Assembly (NCBI RefSeq): GCF_000039765.1
Contig: NC_004459.3
Location: forward strand, 1,050,001-1,082,000
DNA length: 32,000 nucleotides
From: Vibrio vulnificus CMCP6
Lineage (GTDB): Bacteria; Pseudomonadota; Gammaproteobacteria; Enterobacterales; Vibrionaceae
Reading direction: 5' to 3'
The translations under genes and the position numbers were made by a program. The first letter of the stretch is position 1, and the number at the start of each line of letters is the position of its first letter. Under the pieces are notes generated by a model. It searched no databases, was not told the origin of the DNA, and was given only the letters and a program-made list of their open reading frames with translations. Positions 1-16,240 of this stretch are shown piece by piece.

Positions 1-139
1 CGCCGTAGCAGATCTCTTGCAGTAAGGCGTGGTCGCGAGGGCGAATGGATTGTTGAGCTTCAGGAAGGGCGGTCGATAGAGAGTTGCCTCGGTCGACAAC
101 TTGATACAAGACGTTGGCAGCCGCAGCGCGAACATTCAT
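1..139 (-). CDS. rsmB: 16S rRNA (cytosine-C5) methyltransferase RsmB, N-terminal part (truncated by window edge)
   Basis: Minus-strand translation [46 protein letters not shown]... resembles the RsmB/Sun N-terminus. It lies directly downstream of fmt in the conserved def-fmt-rsmB order. Confidence 0.85.
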
Positions 140-222
140 GATGAGTACCTTAAAGTTAAAGAGGGCGTCTCTGCCCTCGTAAAGTTCTTAAACTGGGCAA
201 AAATGCCCGATTGCTTGGCAGG

Positions 223-1170
223 TTAACTCAGTACACTGCCAACTTCAAACCAAGCGGCGCGAGCGTTGAGAACATCTTGTACTGGCATCGCTTTTTTGCC
301 TGGAATTTGGATCTGCTCCAATACTAGGCAGCCATGGCCAGTGGCGACATAAATGCCGCTTTTATCCGCTTTGAGGATGGTCCCCGCGGGTGCGTCATGA
401 CTGCTGGCTTCGACGCGGCTTTGCCACACTTTAATGCTGTTTTCTGCCACTTCGAAATGGCTCATTGGCCATGGATTGAAAGCACGAACACAACGTTCGA
501 TGTGCTCTGCATCGTCTTGCCAATTGATGCGTGCTTCTTCCTTGCTGAGTTTCTTGGCGTAGTTTGCTCGCTCGTCATCTTGCTTAATTGCGATGGCTGT
601 GCCAGCGGCGATATCTGCCAAACACTCAACCAGTACCACAGGGCCAAGCTTGGCCAATTTATCGTACATGGTGGCGCTGGTATCGCTTGCGTCGATCGGC
701 AGCGTGGCAATTTTCAGCATGTCGCCGGTATCTAAGCCGATGTCCATTTGCATGATGGTCACGCCCGTTTCAGCATCACCCGCCCAAATAGAGCGCTGAA
801 TCGGTGCTGCGCCACGCCAGCGAGGCAGAATCGAGCCGTGGACATTGATACAACCCAATTTCGGTGTATCTAACACCGCTTGTGGTAATAACAAGCCATA
901 AGCGACCACGACCATGATGTCAGCATTGAGATCCGCGAGGGCTTGCTTGGCTTCGTCAGACTTAAAGTTTTCTGGTTGGTAAACCGGAATGTTGTGTTCC
1001 AAAGCAATGGTTTTGACAGGGCTTGCTGTGAGTTTTTTCCCGCGACCGGCTGGGCGATCAGGTTGGGTGTAAACTGCAATGACTTCATGCTCCGAAGACA
1101 ACAACGCCGCCAAATGTTGGGCGGCGAAGTCCGGAGTACCTGCAAATACAATACGTAAAGGCTTGCTCAA
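223..1170 (-). CDS. fmt: Methionyl-tRNA formyltransferase
   Basis: 315 aa [27 protein letters not shown]...; [18 protein letters not shown] motif; adjacent to def. Confidence 0.98.
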   Translation of the reverse strand: MSKPLRIVFAGTPDFAAQHLAALLSSEHEVIAVYTQPDRPAGRGKKLTASPVKTIALEHNIPVYQPENFKSDEAKQALADLNADIMVVVAYGLLLPQAVLDTPKLGCINVHGSILPRWRGAAPIQRSIWAGDAETGVTIMQMDIGLDTGDMLKIATLPIDASDTSATMYDKLAKLGPVVLVECLADIAAGTAIAIKQDDERANYAKKLSKEEARINWQDDAEHIERCVRAFNPWPMSHFEVAENSIKVWQSRVEASSHDAPAGTILKADKSGIYVATGHGCLVLEQIQIPGKKAMPVQDVLNARAAWFEVGSVLS

Positions 1171-1201
1171 GGTACCTTCCTTCTTATGGTATCAGCGCAA
1201 T

Positions 1202-1714
1202 TTAGCGCTGTTTCTCGTTAAAGCGTTTGATTTTGGCTAGCTTGTCTTGGATACGCTTGCGCTTTAGCGGTGATAGGTAGTCGACAAACAGCTTACCTTG
1301 CAGGTGATCCAATTCGTGTTGAATACAGATAGCCAGCAAATCATCGGCTTCGAGGGTAAATTCATGACCATCACGATCTAACGCTTTAACCGTGACTTCA
1401 GCGGCGCGTGGCACGAGTGCGCGGGCACCTGGGACCGATAGACAGCCCTCTTCAATGCCATCTTCGCCACGCTTTTCTAAAATTTCAGGATTGATTAACA
1501 CCATCGGCTCGTTACGGCTCTCAGAAATATCAATCACCACAATACGTTGATGGATGTCGACTTGCGTTGCGGCAAGGCCAATACCTTCTTCGTCATACAT
1601 GGTTTCAATCATGTCATCGACGATTTTTTGGATTTCTGGTGTCACCTTTTCAACCGGTTTGGCTACTGTACGAAGACGATCATCCGGGAATGTTAATACT
1701 TGTAATACAGACAT
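1202..1714 (-). CDS. def: Peptide deformylase
   Basis: [21 protein letters not shown]... with [13 protein letters not shown] and QHELDH motifs. The ORF track runs to 1810, but the family start (MSVLQ) is at 1714. Confidence 0.97.
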   Translation of the reverse strand: MSVLQVLTFPDDRLRTVAKPVEKVTPEIQKIVDDMIETMYDEEGIGLAATQVDIHQRIVVIDISESRNEPMVLINPEILEKRGEDGIEEGCLSVPGARALVPRAAEVTVKALDRDGHEFTLEADDLLAICIQHELDHLQGKLFVDYLSPLKRKRIQDKLAKIKRFNEKQR

Positions 1715-1852
1715 ATGCACTCGAAATGTTGAACTGTGCCGAAACAGCACAAACCTTGTTGGCTCAATTCTAGACATTTTATAGCCTAAATGACAGCATC
1801 CTAGCAGCAATTTCCCATTTGTCGCTTCGCTAATCCATCTAGGAGTTAAGGC

Positions 1853-2950
1853 ATGAACTCAGTGCTGCAAGCCGCTTCACGCGCATTGTTACCCTTGTTG
1901 TTTAGTGTGAGTGTGGCTGCCCAGGAGTCGCCAGCTCCGTTAAACATCAAGCCAGACGCACCTCAAACTTATGTCGTCGTAAAAGGAGATACCCTTTGGG
2001 ATATCTCAGCGCTCTATTTGGATAGCCCTTGGTTGTGGCCGCGTTTGTGGCAGATCAACCCTGATATTGATAACCCTCACTTAATCTACCCTGGCGATAA
2101 GCTCTCGTTAGTTTGGAAAAACGGTCAGCCGATGTTGAGTTTAAAACCGGTGGTGACATTGAGCCCGAAAGCTCGAATCACGGAGAAAAAAGCGGTACCA
2201 ACAGTAGATGAAGGGTTGGTTCTGCCTTATCTGCAATCTGACCGACTACTGAGTAAAGAGAAGCTCAGCAGTGTCGCGCGCGTGATGGGAACCAGCGATG
2301 GACGAAAATACCTTGCCAAAGACGAGCGTATTTTCATCAGCGGCCAACAAACGGAAACCCATTGGGCGATTTATCGTCAAGTGCAAGAGTTTGAACGAGC
2401 AGATCCCGATGCCAACATGATCGCGCTACGTGTGGTTGCACAAGGTGAGCTTAAAGAATCGGCACAAGACTATTCCGGTATTGAAGTGACCAGTCAGCGA
2501 CAAGAAGTATTGATCAACGACATTGCATTGCCGCAATCTGAAAACCTCGTCGAAGAACTGTCTACGACCTTTTATCCTGCGCCAGCCCCTCAAGATGTGG
2601 ATGCCAAGATATTGGGCAGTATTGATGGCATCGATTACAGTGCACCAAGCCAAGTGGTGATTTTGGACAAAGGGAAAGTGGACAATTTACGCCAAGGGCA
2701 TATTTTCGAACTCTATAAAGCCTCAAACAACGTTTATCGTAGCAGTGACAGCCAATTCAGCTACGAGAAAAGTGGTTCTTCTGATGAGATATCCTTGCCG
2801 AAAAGTCGCATTGGTGAGTTGATGATCATTCGTCCTTACGAATACTTCAGCTTGGCGTTGATCACCCGCAGTACTCAACCGATCAGTCGTGACATTTTGG
2901 TCGTGGCGCCAGTGCAAGTTGACGAATCAGTGACGGCGCAAACGCCCTGA
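1853..2950 (+). CDS. LysM domain-containing protein (probable secreted/periplasmic peptidoglycan-binding protein)
   Basis: 365 aa; N-terminal signal-like segment, then LysM motif [46 protein letters not shown]. Confidence 0.9.
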   Translation: MNSVLQAASRALLPLLFSVSVAAQESPAPLNIKPDAPQTYVVVKGDTLWDISALYLDSPWLWPRLWQINPDIDNPHLIYPGDKLSLVWKNGQPMLSLKPVVTLSPKARITEKKAVPTVDEGLVLPYLQSDRLLSKEKLSSVARVMGTSDGRKYLAKDERIFISGQQTETHWAIYRQVQEFERADPDANMIALRVVAQGELKESAQDYSGIEVTSQRQEVLINDIALPQSENLVEELSTTFYPAPAPQDVDAKILGSIDGIDYSAPSQVVILDKGKVDNLRQGHIFELYKASNNVYRSSDSQFSYEKSGSSDEISLPKSRIGELMIIRPYEYFSLALITRSTQPISRDILVVAPVQVDESVTAQTP

Positions 2951-4053
2951 TGAGTCAGGATGAACTGCATGCTTGGTTAGCACTCAGTTTTACGCCCAAT
3001 ATTGGGGTTAAGAAGCTAACCAAGTTACTCAGTATTGATTCCCCGCTCAATATTCTGCGTTACTCCCAAGAGCAGCTACTGTCGCTGGGGCTGTCGTCCC
3101 AGCAAATCATCACCTTGCGAAGTAGTGCTCAGCAAGACGCTGAAGCCGCCCTTCAATGGCAGCAGCTTTCCTCCCAGCATCATATTCTTACCCTTCATGA
3201 TGGCCTATATCCGCCGCTGCTTAAGGAAACGGCTTCACCGCCTTGCCAACTGTTTGTACAGGGTGATCCTCATTGCTTAACCAAGCCACAAATTGCGCTG
3301 GTGGGGAGTCGTCATGCGACCATGCAAGGGTTGCAACATGCTCGCGACTTTGCGGCTCAACTGGTACAGCATGGGTTGGTGGTGACCAGTGGTTTAGCGC
3401 TTGGGATTGATGGCCATGCCCATGATGGTGCGCTGAGAGCGGGAGGCGAAACCGTTGCCGTTCTTGGTTCGGGCTTCCAACATATTTATCCCGCTCGCCA
3501 CAAAGGCCTTGCCGAGAGAATTGGTCAGCAAGGTGCGCTGGTTTCGGAGTTTCGTCCCAATACTAAAGCCAAAGCCGAACATTTTCCTCGTCGAAATCGA
3601 ATCATTAGTGGCTTGTCTCTGGGGGTTTTGGTGGTCGAAGCGGCAGAGAAAAGCGGTTCTTTGATTACCGCCCGTTATGCCGCTGAGCAAGGTCGAGAAG
3701 TCTTTGCTTTGCCTAACTCTCTCCATATTACCAATGCACGCGGCGGAAACTTGCTGATAAAAAGCGGAGCGTGTTTAGTCACTGGGGTAGAAGATGTGCT
3801 GAGTGAAGTGCAAACTTTGCTCGACTGGTCGACAAACCAACAAGCGGATTTATTTTCTTCCTCTAATACGGAAGAACAATTGCCATTTCCTCAGCTGTTA
3901 GCTAACGTAGGTAATGAGGCTACACCAGTTGATATTCTAGCAAACAGGACCAATATACCTGTGCAAGAAGTCATGATGCAGCTCTTGGAGCTTGAGCTTT
4001 CAGGGCATGTTGTTGCAGTTAACGGTGGCTATATTCGAAGGGGGAGGGGCTAG
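2950..4053 (+). CDS. dprA: DNA processing protein DprA
   Basis: 367 aa with the Rossmann-like core ([18 protein letters not shown]...[15 protein letters not shown]...[40 protein letters not shown]) and a C-terminal winged-helix-like region. Confidence 0.97.
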   Translation: MSQDELHAWLALSFTPNIGVKKLTKLLSIDSPLNILRYSQEQLLSLGLSSQQIITLRSSAQQDAEAALQWQQLSSQHHILTLHDGLYPPLLKETASPPCQLFVQGDPHCLTKPQIALVGSRHATMQGLQHARDFAAQLVQHGLVVTSGLALGIDGHAHDGALRAGGETVAVLGSGFQHIYPARHKGLAERIGQQGALVSEFRPNTKAKAEHFPRRNRIISGLSLGVLVVEAAEKSGSLITARYAAEQGREVFALPNSLHITNARGGNLLIKSGACLVTGVEDVLSEVQTLLDWSTNQQADLFSSSNTEEQLPFPQLLANVGNEATPVDILANRTNIPVQEVMMQLLELELSGHVVAVNGGYIRRGRG

Positions 4054-4055
4054 CT

Positions 4056-4535
4056 ATGATGATGGATATACTGATGTATCTATTTGAAACCTACATCCAT
4101 AGCGATGCAGATTTACAAGTGGATCAAGATGAGCTTGAAGACGAATTGCTTCGAGCAGGATTTCACCAGCAAGATATCTACAAAGCCCTTCTTTGGTTAG
4201 AAGAGCTGGCGGCGTTACAACAAAGTGATGCCCATTCTGCGATTTCACGTTGCAGTGCGGTTTCTTCGACACGGGTTTATTCGCCAAAAGAAATGCAACG
4301 ACTTGATATTGAGTGTCGTGGTTTTTTGCTATTTCTCGAACAGATCAATGTGTTAACCACTGAGACTCGTGAAATGGTTATCGATAGAGTGATGGGGTTG
4401 GAAACCAACGAGTTCGAGCTTGAAGATCTCAAGTGGATTATTTTGATGGTGCTATTCAATGTTCCCGGCAACGAGAACGCCTACACGCTAATGGAAGAGC
4501 TGTTATACACCAAAGAGCAAGGCATTCTTCATTAA
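4056..4535 (+). CDS. smg: Smg family protein (DUF494)
   Basis: [34 protein letters not shown]... matches the Smg N-terminus. Three consecutive ATGs at 4056/4059/4062 make the exact start ambiguous. Confidence 0.93.
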   Translation: MMMDILMYLFETYIHSDADLQVDQDELEDELLRAGFHQQDIYKALLWLEELAALQQSDAHSAISRCSAVSSTRVYSPKEMQRLDIECRGFLLFLEQINVLTTETREMVIDRVMGLETNEFELEDLKWIILMVLFNVPGNENAYTLMEELLYTKEQGILH

Positions 4536-4558
4536 ACTGTTCCGCGAATACGGTAGCT

Positions 4559-5128
4559 ATGAGTAGTAAAATTGATCGCACTTTGTTTTCCGCTCACGAG
4601 CACGCGCTTGAGCATACGCCTTGTCCGCAATGTGGTGGAGAGTTGGTGTTAAAACACGGTAAGCATGGCGCGTTTTTGGGGTGTAATCAGTACCCACAGT
4701 GTGATTACGTCAAGCCCCTTCATCAAAATGATGGCCATATCGTCAAAGAATTGGGGGTTGCTTGCCCTGAATGTGGTAACGAGTTGGTGCTTCGTCAAGG
4801 GCGTTACGGTATGTTTGTCGGGTGCAGCCATTACCCACACTGCCATCACATTGAACCAATCAATCAGCCTGAACCTGAGCAGAATTCCAAAGCGTTGTTT
4901 GCTTGCCCTGAGTGTGGCAAAGGACACTTAGTTGAGCGTAAAACTCGCTTTGGTAAAACCTTCTATGCCTGTGATAACTATCCGAAGTGTAAGTTTGCGG
5001 TGAACTTACCGCCAGTCAAAGGGCATTGTGAAACATGCGGTTTTCCCTTGTTGGTCGAGAAGAAACTCGCCAGTGGTGTGAAGCTACAATGCGCAAGCCG
5101 CAAATGCCAGCATACTCAATCGCGTTGA
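4559..5128 (+). CDS. Stand-alone topoisomerase I-type zinc-ribbon protein (YrdD-like)
   Basis: MSSKIDRTLF... with CPQCGG..CNQYPQC, CPECGN..CSHYPHC, CPECGK..CDNYPKC and CETCG..CASRKC modules. Start chosen at the ATG at 4559, after the smg stop. Confidence 0.9.
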   Translation: MSSKIDRTLFSAHEHALEHTPCPQCGGELVLKHGKHGAFLGCNQYPQCDYVKPLHQNDGHIVKELGVACPECGNELVLRQGRYGMFVGCSHYPHCHHIEPINQPEPEQNSKALFACPECGKGHLVERKTRFGKTFYACDNYPKCKFAVNLPPVKGHCETCGFPLLVEKKLASGVKLQCASRKCQHTQSR

Positions 5129-5138
5129 GTTCACATTG

Positions 5139-5165
5139 AAAAGGGTCGCACATGGCGCCCCTTTT
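5139..5165. terminator. Putative bidirectional intrinsic terminator between convergent yrdD-like gene and purK
   Basis: AAAAGGG-t-CGC-acatg-GCG-c-CCCTTTT imperfect inverted repeat. Confidence 0.6.
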
Positions 5166-5192
5166 ACTCTTTATGCATAAGCACAAGCTTTG

Positions 5193-6326
5193 CTACGCTT
5201 GCCACTTTTTTGCAAACTCATGCACCGCGGGGAAGGCTTTCTCATCCAATACATTGGCGAGAGCACAAAGGCGGCGCTGTAGCTCTCCGCTGTAATCACC
5301 ACACACGTTGATATGGCCCATTTTTCGGCCGGCGCGTTTCTCTTTGCCATACCAATGAATATGACAACCGTCCATCGCCATCACGCTTGCGGGCAGAGTA
5401 TCTTCACCAAGGATGTTGATCATTGAGGTTTCACGAACCAGCTTAGTGCTCCCAAGTGGTAAGCCACAAACGGCACGCAAATGATTTTCAAACTGGCAAG
5501 TTTCTGCTCCTTGCTGGGTCCAATGGCCGGAGTTATGAACTCGAGGTGCAATTTCATTGACCAGCAATTGTCCGTCGACATCGAAAAATTCAAGCGCCAA
5601 CACACCAACGTAGTTCAATGTTTCAGCAACAGCAGTAAACATGTGTTTGGCTTGCTCTTGTAGGTCCGGTGAGTCGATTGCCGTTGAAAGGCTTAACACG
5701 CCATTAACGTGAATGTTTTCTGCCAGTGGGTAGACTTCGATTTGCCCTTCTTTACCACGAGCGCCGATCAATGAAACTTCACGTTGAAATGGAACAAATT
5801 CTTCAGCGACAATCGCTTGAGTTGGCGTAGCAGCGATACAAGCTGCCATTTCTTGCCAAAGGGTTTCAATTTGTGCGGCATCTTTTAAGCGCCATTGCCC
5901 TTTACCATCATAGCCACCTAATGCGCTTTTCAACACCATAGGTATCCCAACGTGTTCAATCGCTTTATTGAAGTCTTCACGCGTTTCAATGACGTAGTAA
6001 TTGGCATTGCGTACGCCTGCATGGTCAAGCAAGGCTTTTTCCAAACGACGATCACCGCCAGCCTTAATCGCCTCACTACTTGGAAGAAACTTGCCACTCG
6101 CTTGGCAGATCGCCAATACGTCATGAGGAATGTGTTCAAATTCTGCAGTGATCACATCAACGTATTCAATCGCTTGCTCCAAGCCGTGACCAAGGAGATG
6201 CAATGTCAAAGGATGAACGACATCACCCGTTGTCACATCGTAGGCAGAAATCTGAATATTCAAAGGCGCACCGGCTAACGACATCATACGTGCCAATTGC
6301 CCTGCGCCTAGAACCAATACGTGCAT
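5193..6326 (-). CDS. purK: 5-(carboxyamino)imidazole ribonucleotide synthase
   Basis: 377 aa; [22 protein letters not shown]..., ATP-grasp features ([30 protein letters not shown]). Confidence 0.98.
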   Translation of the reverse strand: MHVLVLGAGQLARMMSLAGAPLNIQISAYDVTTGDVVHPLTLHLLGHGLEQAIEYVDVITAEFEHIPHDVLAICQASGKFLPSSEAIKAGGDRRLEKALLDHAGVRNANYYVIETREDFNKAIEHVGIPMVLKSALGGYDGKGQWRLKDAAQIETLWQEMAACIAATPTQAIVAEEFVPFQREVSLIGARGKEGQIEVYPLAENIHVNGVLSLSTAIDSPDLQEQAKHMFTAVAETLNYVGVLALEFFDVDGQLLVNEIAPRVHNSGHWTQQGAETCQFENHLRAVCGLPLGSTKLVRETSMINILGEDTLPASVMAMDGCHIHWYGKEKRAGRKMGHINVCGDYSGELQRRLCALANVLDEKAFPAVHEFAKKWQA

Positions 6327-6329
6327 GAT

Positions 6330-6815
6330 TTAGTCCTCTGCAGGATTTGGGTTAGCGAGGACGCTTTCAGTTTGCTCACTGCGGAAGGCTTCAACTTTGG
6401 CCATGATATTTTCGTCGTGAGTTCCAAGGATTTGCGCAGCGAGAAGACCCGCGTTCGCGGCACCGGCTTCACCAATGGCCAATGTACCTACTGCGATGCC
6501 TTTTGGCATTTGCACAATAGAGTAGAGAGAGTCGAGCCCTGATAAAGCACGTGATTGCACGGGTACGCCCAAAACGGGCAAGCTGGTAAATGCCGCTGCC
6601 ATGCCCGGCAAATGCGCCGCGCCACCTGCACCGGCAATAATCACTTTCAACCCACGCTCTTTGGCGGTTGAGGCATATTCAGCGAGGAGATGAGGAGTTC
6701 GATGTGCTGAAACCACTTTGGTTTCGTATTCCACGCCAAATCTGTCCAGCATTTCTGCTGCCAGTTTCATGGTTGGCCAATCTGATTTAGAACCCATGAT
6801 GATACCGACTTTCAT
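6330..6815 (-). CDS. purE: 5-(carboxyamino)imidazole ribonucleotide mutase
   Basis: [16 protein letters not shown]...VVSAHRTP...[14 protein letters not shown]. The start is more likely at 6815 (MKVGII) than at 6830. Confidence 0.97.
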
Positions 6816-6866
6816 CTCAAACTCCTTCAAGCTGCATAATTGGGTGAGCTGATCAATTTTGTGCGC

Positions 6867-6894
6867 ATTATACGAGGTTTTTTACCTCAAGCAA
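6867..6894 (-). promoter_or_regulatory. Predicted purE promoter
   Basis: Minus strand: TTGCTT (6894-6889), 16-nt spacer, TATAAT (6872-6867). Confidence 0.6.
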
Positions 6895-6904
6895 ACGTTT
6901 GCTT
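6889..6904. promoter_or_regulatory. PurR-like operator
   Basis: AAGCAAACGTTTGCTT, a perfect 16-bp palindrome whose core matches the PurR box (ACGCAAACGTTTGCGT). It overlaps the predicted -35 of purE. Confidence 0.8.
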
Positions 6905-6992
6905 TTGAGTGGAAACCACCATGCGCGTTTTTCGCTGGCATTCGGCTGGTTATTGGCTTATTTGTAATAGGTTGAGTGTCTAGAGAGAAGAA

Positions 6993-7553
6993 GTGGTGAG
7001 TAATTTACAACAAGTCGTGAAGGCGTTAAAGCAAGGTCAAGTGGTGGCTTACCCGACAGAGGGAGTGTTTGGCTTAGGTTGCGATCCTGATAATGAGGTG
7101 GCCATTGAGCGTCTTTTGACGATTAAACAGCGACCCAGTGACAAAGGCTTGATTTTGATCGCTGCTGATTTTCAACAGCTCCAACCGTATCTCGATTTAA
7201 CAAGCTTGTCAGCGGAGCAACTTCAGCGAGTTTTTGCCACTTGGCCCGGTCCTTATACATGGGTCATGCCTGCAAGTGCTCGGGCATCGGCGCTCGTCAC
7301 GGGCTATCGTCAGACCGTTGCGGTTCGTGTGAGTGATCATCCTTTGGTGCAAAAGTTGTGCAGTGAGTATGGAAAGCCGCTAACCTCTACCAGTGCGAAT
7401 TTGTCGGGCCAAACGGAGTGTAAAACCGTTGAGCAGGTTCAAGACCAATTGGGCAGCCAGATCTCTGTCATTTTGTTTGGTGAGATTGGTGAGCGCCATC
7501 GACCTAGTGAAATCCGCGATGCTCGTACAGAACAATTATTAAGACAGGGATAA
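6993..7553 (+). CDS. tsaC: L-threonylcarbamoyladenylate synthase TsaC (YrdC/Sua5 family)
   Basis: 186 aa, VVAYPTEGVFGLGCDPDN..., PLTSTSANLSG motif. Confidence 0.95.
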   Translation: MVSNLQQVVKALKQGQVVAYPTEGVFGLGCDPDNEVAIERLLTIKQRPSDKGLILIAADFQQLQPYLDLTSLSAEQLQRVFATWPGPYTWVMPASARASALVTGYRQTVAVRVSDHPLVQKLCSEYGKPLTSTSANLSGQTECKTVEQVQDQLGSQISVILFGEIGERHRPSEIRDARTEQLLRQG

Positions 7554-7581
7554 CCCTGCTCAGCTTCAAAAGGTAGTTTAG

Positions 7582-8499
<918 letters not shown>

Positions 8500-8549
8500 G
8501 AAAGGAATCTCCTCTTCTATTGCTCTTTTCTATATAGATAGATAGTGAT

Positions 8550-8580
8550 AGGGTCATCGTTAATCAGATGGCCCTGTTTT
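8550..8580 (+). terminator. Predicted intrinsic terminator of hemF
   Basis: AGGGTCATC-gttaatca-GATGGCCCT followed by gtttt (9-bp stem with one G:T pair). Confidence 0.65.
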
Positions 8581-8634
8581 CGCTATAGCTAAGCAAGAGC
8601 GAAATAGCTCGGTAAGAACAACAAAGGTAAGGAA

Positions 8635-9468
8635 ATGACTCAACAAATCGATCGTTATGCCGTGTTTGGTAACCCTATCGAACACAGTAAATCGCCATTT
8701 ATTCACACCTTGTTTGCTCGCCAAACCAACCAGCCTTTAATCTACACCGCAGAAACCGCGCCAAAAGAGGGGTTTGTTGAGGCAGTGAAAGCGTTTTTTG
8801 CTGAAGGGGGAAAAGGGTGCAATGTGACTTTACCTTTTAAGGAAGAGGCGTATCAGTTTGCGAGTCGTTTAACGGAGCGAGCCCAATTGGCTGGCGCAGT
8901 GAATACACTAAAAAAACTGGATGATGGCGATATCATTGGTGACAACACTGATGGCGCTGGCCTTGTGCAAGACTTGTTGCAGCACCAAGTTGTGTTAGCA
9001 GGTGCACGTATTCTAGTGATAGGCGCTGGTGGTGCCGCTCGTGGCGTGCTTAAACCACTACTCGACCAGAAACCAACCTCTCTCACCATTACGAATCGTA
9101 CTTTCTCTAAAGCTGAAAAACTGGCTGTGTTGTTTGCTGCCTATGGATCTGTTACCGCAAAAGAGATGAATACAGTGACGGAAGAGTACGATGTTATTAT
9201 CAACTCTACGTCTGCCTCATTGAGTGGTGAGTTACCTGCCCTCTCTTCATCTATATTTGCCGCCAACAGTACTAGCTATGACATGATGTATGGCAAGGGC
9301 GATACCACCTTCAATCAATGGGCTAAGCAACACGGCGCTGCTCATGCCTATGACGGGTTGGGTATGTTGGTTGGGCAAGCTGCCGAAAGTTTCATGCTAT
9401 GGAGAGGGTTGCGTCCCGGGTCTAAACAAATCTTGCGCGAGTTAAGAAAAAATCTTGAAGGGCTATAA
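8635..9468 (+). CDS. aroE: Shikimate dehydrogenase
   Basis: 277 aa; [24 protein letters not shown]..., [32 protein letters not shown]. Confidence 0.98.
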   Translation: MTQQIDRYAVFGNPIEHSKSPFIHTLFARQTNQPLIYTAETAPKEGFVEAVKAFFAEGGKGCNVTLPFKEEAYQFASRLTERAQLAGAVNTLKKLDDGDIIGDNTDGAGLVQDLLQHQVVLAGARILVIGAGGAARGVLKPLLDQKPTSLTITNRTFSKAEKLAVLFAAYGSVTAKEMNTVTEEYDVIINSTSASLSGELPALSSSIFAANSTSYDMMYGKGDTTFNQWAKQHGAAHAYDGLGMLVGQAAESFMLWRGLRPGSKQILRELRKNLEGL

Positions 9469-9471
9469 GCG

Positions 9472-9735
9472 ATGAATCAAGCCATCTTATTTCCAGACAT
9501 GCAATCTTGGGATGAAGCGTCACAATCAGTGAACTTCGCCGCGCAACAATCGGGTGCACTAATAGAGTGTTTTGTGGCGAAACATAAGCTAGAAAAATTA
9601 TCGGGCTTAGAGCTCGATACTGAGCAAGCGGTGATCGCTGCTTTTATTGATTACCGATTTGATCTGGAAGAAATAGCAGAAGAGTTAATAGAAGATGAAG
9701 CCTTCAACGAAGAAGGCCATATCATTATCGATTAG
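9472..9735 (+). CDS. DUF1488 family protein (YrdB-like)
   Basis: 87 aa small acidic ORF with its ATG 3 nt after the aroE stop. Position matches the conserved aroE-yrdB arrangement. Confidence 0.8.
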   Translation: MNQAILFPDMQSWDEASQSVNFAAQQSGALIECFVAKHKLEKLSGLELDTEQAVIAAFIDYRFDLEEIAEELIEDEAFNEEGHIIID

Positions 9736-10291
9736 TTTGTCTTTCATGAAGGTCTTTTACTTCAGTTAAATAGTCATTCTTGTTTTGGACATAGTTGTCC
9801 GCTGACTTTAGTAAAAAAGCTCGTTCTTTCTCTGATAGAGGGCGAGCTTGTTTTATTGGGCTACCAACATAAAGATAGCCGCTTTCTAATCTTTTCCCTG
9901 GCGGTACTAGACTGCCCGCACCAATCATCACGTCCGATTCAACCACGACATCATCTAAAACAATCGCCCCCATACCAACCAACACACGATCGTGAATATC
10001 GCAGCCGTGCAGCATCACTTTGTGGCCAATGGTCACGTCATTACCAATCAGCAAAGGGTAGCCATGAGGATTTTCTGCGTTTTTATGGGTCACGTGCAGC
10101 ACGCTGCCATCTTGAATGTTAGTGCGAGCTCCGATGTGGATATGGTTAACATCGCCACGTGCCGCAACCAATGGCCAAATACTCGAATCATCACCTATTC
10201 GAATATCACCGACAATGACTGAGGTTGAATCGATATAGACGCGTTCGCCTATTTGGGGATGAATGCCTTTATAACTTCTAATCGAACTCAT
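9725..10291 (-). CDS. Gamma-carbonic anhydrase-like / hexapeptide-repeat protein (YrdA family)
   Basis: MSSIRSYKGIHPQIGERVYIDSTSVIVGDIRIGDDSSIWPLVAARGDVNHIHIGARTNIQDGSVLHVTH... left-handed beta-helix repeats. Start chosen at 10291. Confidence 0.93.
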   Translation of the reverse strand: MSSIRSYKGIHPQIGERVYIDSTSVIVGDIRIGDDSSIWPLVAARGDVNHIHIGARTNIQDGSVLHVTHKNAENPHGYPLLIGNDVTIGHKVMLHGCDIHDRVLVGMGAIVLDDVVVESDVMIGAGSLVPPGKRLESGYLYVGSPIKQARPLSEKERAFLLKSADNYVQNKNDYLTEVKDLHERQTNR

Positions 10292-10411
10292 TTTTCCTCC
10301 TAATAAAGCCTGATGAATGGTGATATCGGGTGAGAAGAGTAGCAAAAACTCATCGTTTAGAATAAAAAACACTCAAACGATAGAAAAATCAAAAAAAACG
10401 TGAAAAAGGGC

Positions 10412-10439
10412 TTGCCAATGTGACGCCGATCTCTATAAT
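10412..10439 (+). promoter_or_regulatory. rrn promoter P1 (predicted)
   Basis: TTGCCA-16 nt-TATAAT followed by a GC-rich discriminator GCCCCC. Confidence 0.8.
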
Positions 10440-10538
10440 GCCCCCTCGCTGACACGGCAAGGCTTCGAAAGAAACGAGAGCCCATCAGCCAAGGCATTTA
10501 GCCAGGTGAATCACCTGAAAAAGTTTTGAAAAAAGTGG

Positions 10539-10566
10539 TTGACACTAAAACTTAACTCGCTAAAAT
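10539..10566 (+). promoter_or_regulatory. rrn promoter P2 (predicted)
   Basis: TTGACA-16 nt-TAAAAT upstream of the boxA-like GCTCTTTAACAA leader. Confidence 0.75.
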
Positions 10567-10766
10567 GGCCGCCTCTTCCGGAGTGATGCGATTCACAAAA
10601 GAAGAAAGCTCTTTAACAATTTAAACCTATCAATCTGTGTGGGCACTCGTTGATGATAATCCAAAAGATTTATCAATGAACTGAGTGACCAAAACGATAC
10701 TAAGTATCGGCACAGTCAATTTATTCAGTATTCATTGAGCCGAAGCGCAAGCTTCAAAAAAACTTT

Positions 10767-12311
<1,545 letters not shown>

Positions 12312-12378
12312 TACGATGATTATTGCGATGAGTGTTCACACAGATTGATATGGTTTAGAAAGTTTAGAGTATCTTAGT

Positions 12379-12454
12379 GTCCCGTTCGTCTAGAGGCCTA
12401 GGACACCGCCCTTTCACGGCGGTAACAGGGGTTCGACTCCCCTACGGGATACCA
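12379..12454 (+). tRNA. tRNA-Glu(TTC)
   Basis: 76-nt cloverleaf GTCCCGTTCGTCTAGAGG...CCCTTTCACGG...GGTTCGACTCC...ACGGGATACCA. Confidence 0.96.
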
Positions 12455-12455
12455 T

Positions 12456-12531
12456 GGGTCGTTAGCTCAGTTGGTAGAGCAGTTGACTTTTAATCAATTG
12501 GTCGCAGGTTCGAATCCTGCACGACCCACCA
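12456..12531 (+). tRNA. tRNA-Lys(TTT)
   Basis: 76 nt, GGGTCGTTAGCTCAGTTGG...TTGACTTTTAATCAA...GGTTCGAATCC...ACGACCCACCA. Confidence 0.97.
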
Positions 12532-12559
12532 TTTCCTTCCACGGGAAAACAAATAATGT

Positions 12560-12635
12560 GGGCGATTAGCTCAGTTGGGAGAGCACCTGCCTTACAAGCA
12601 GGGGGTCACTGGTTCGAACCCGGTATCGCCCACCA
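12560..12635 (+). tRNA. tRNA-Val(TAC)
   Basis: 76 nt, GGGCGATTAGCTCAGTTGGGAGAGCACCTGCCTTACAAGCAGG...ATCGCCCACCA. Confidence 0.97.
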
Positions 12636-12913
12636 TCTTTAAGCATTCTTGCGAGTGTGTTTAAAAATGGTTTCGAAAGAAATCTTGCTCTTTAACAATT
12701 TGGAAAGCTGACAAAACAACAATTTATTGTTGTTTGTAAAGTTCTCAATGTTTGTCTTTAAGACAAACACCAACAAACACATTCAAGTGTTCTTGGGAAG
12801 GTCACTTTTAGTGACTATTCGAAATTGAGTCCGGCAAAATCAACGCTATCTCGCTCATTCAAATAATGAGATAGCAACTTTGGTTGTTTAACAAAGACCC
12901 TTTGGGGTTGTAT

Positions 12914-15802
<2,889 letters not shown>

Positions 15803-15923
15803 CAACACCCAAAGGGTTTTGATGGACTCGATGTAAGAACATTGAATGTGTAGAGAACATAAACAGCTTTCCAGATTTTTTGCTTTCACTTTTTTAGAAA
15901 AAGTGAAGACAAAAACAGAATTT

Positions 15924-16043
15924 GCTTGGCGACCATAGCGTTTTGGACCCACCTGAATCCATTCCGAACTCAGAAGTGAAACGAAATAGCGTCGATGGTA
16001 GTGTGGGGTTTCCCCATGTGAGAGTAGAACATCGCCAGGCTTA
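15924..16043 (+). rRNA. rrf: 5S ribosomal RNA
   Basis: TGCTTGGCGACCATAGCG...CCGAACTCAGAAGTGAAACG...GAGAGTAGAACATCGCCAGGCTT; ~120 nt. Confidence 0.95.
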
Positions 16044-16142
16044 CTTACTGTCTTTAGGTTATTCCTTTTTGTAAAGTGATGTCTAAAGACAAAACTAAAA
16101 CCTAGCATTATATAAGTAAGACTAAGTTTTAGGACAATTTGT

Positions 16143-16233
16143 GGAGAGATGGCTGAGTGGTTGAAAGCACCGGTCTTGAAAACCGGCGTACGTTAATAGC
16201 GTACCTAGGGTTCAAATCCCTATCTCTCCGCCA
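16143..16233 (+). tRNA. tRNA-Ser(TGA)
   Basis: 91-nt class II tRNA, GGAGAGATGGCTGAGTGG...GGTCTTGAAAACC..long variable arm CGTACGTTAATAGCGTACC..GGTTCAAATCC..TCTCTCCGCCA. Confidence 0.97.
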
Positions 16234-16240
16234 CTACATA

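Noticed and set aside
4559-5128. Multi-zinc-ribbon protein as a new DNA-binding family or a topA fragment/pseudogene
   Set aside because: It is an intact ORF with regular zinc-ribbon modules in a conserved dprA-smg context, consistent with the known stand-alone YrdD-type topoisomerase zinc-finger family.
8541-8550. Short gataga-type microrepeat (tatatagatagatagtgatag) between hemF and aroE
   Set aside because: Too short and imperfect to support a functional or phase-variation claim; it lies next to an ordinary terminator.
15885-15915. AT-rich hairpin TCACTTTTT-tag-AAAAAGTGA between 23S and 5S as a possible terminator or new element
   Set aside because: It lies inside the rrn transcript upstream of 5S; ordinary spacer/processing structure is the simpler explanation.
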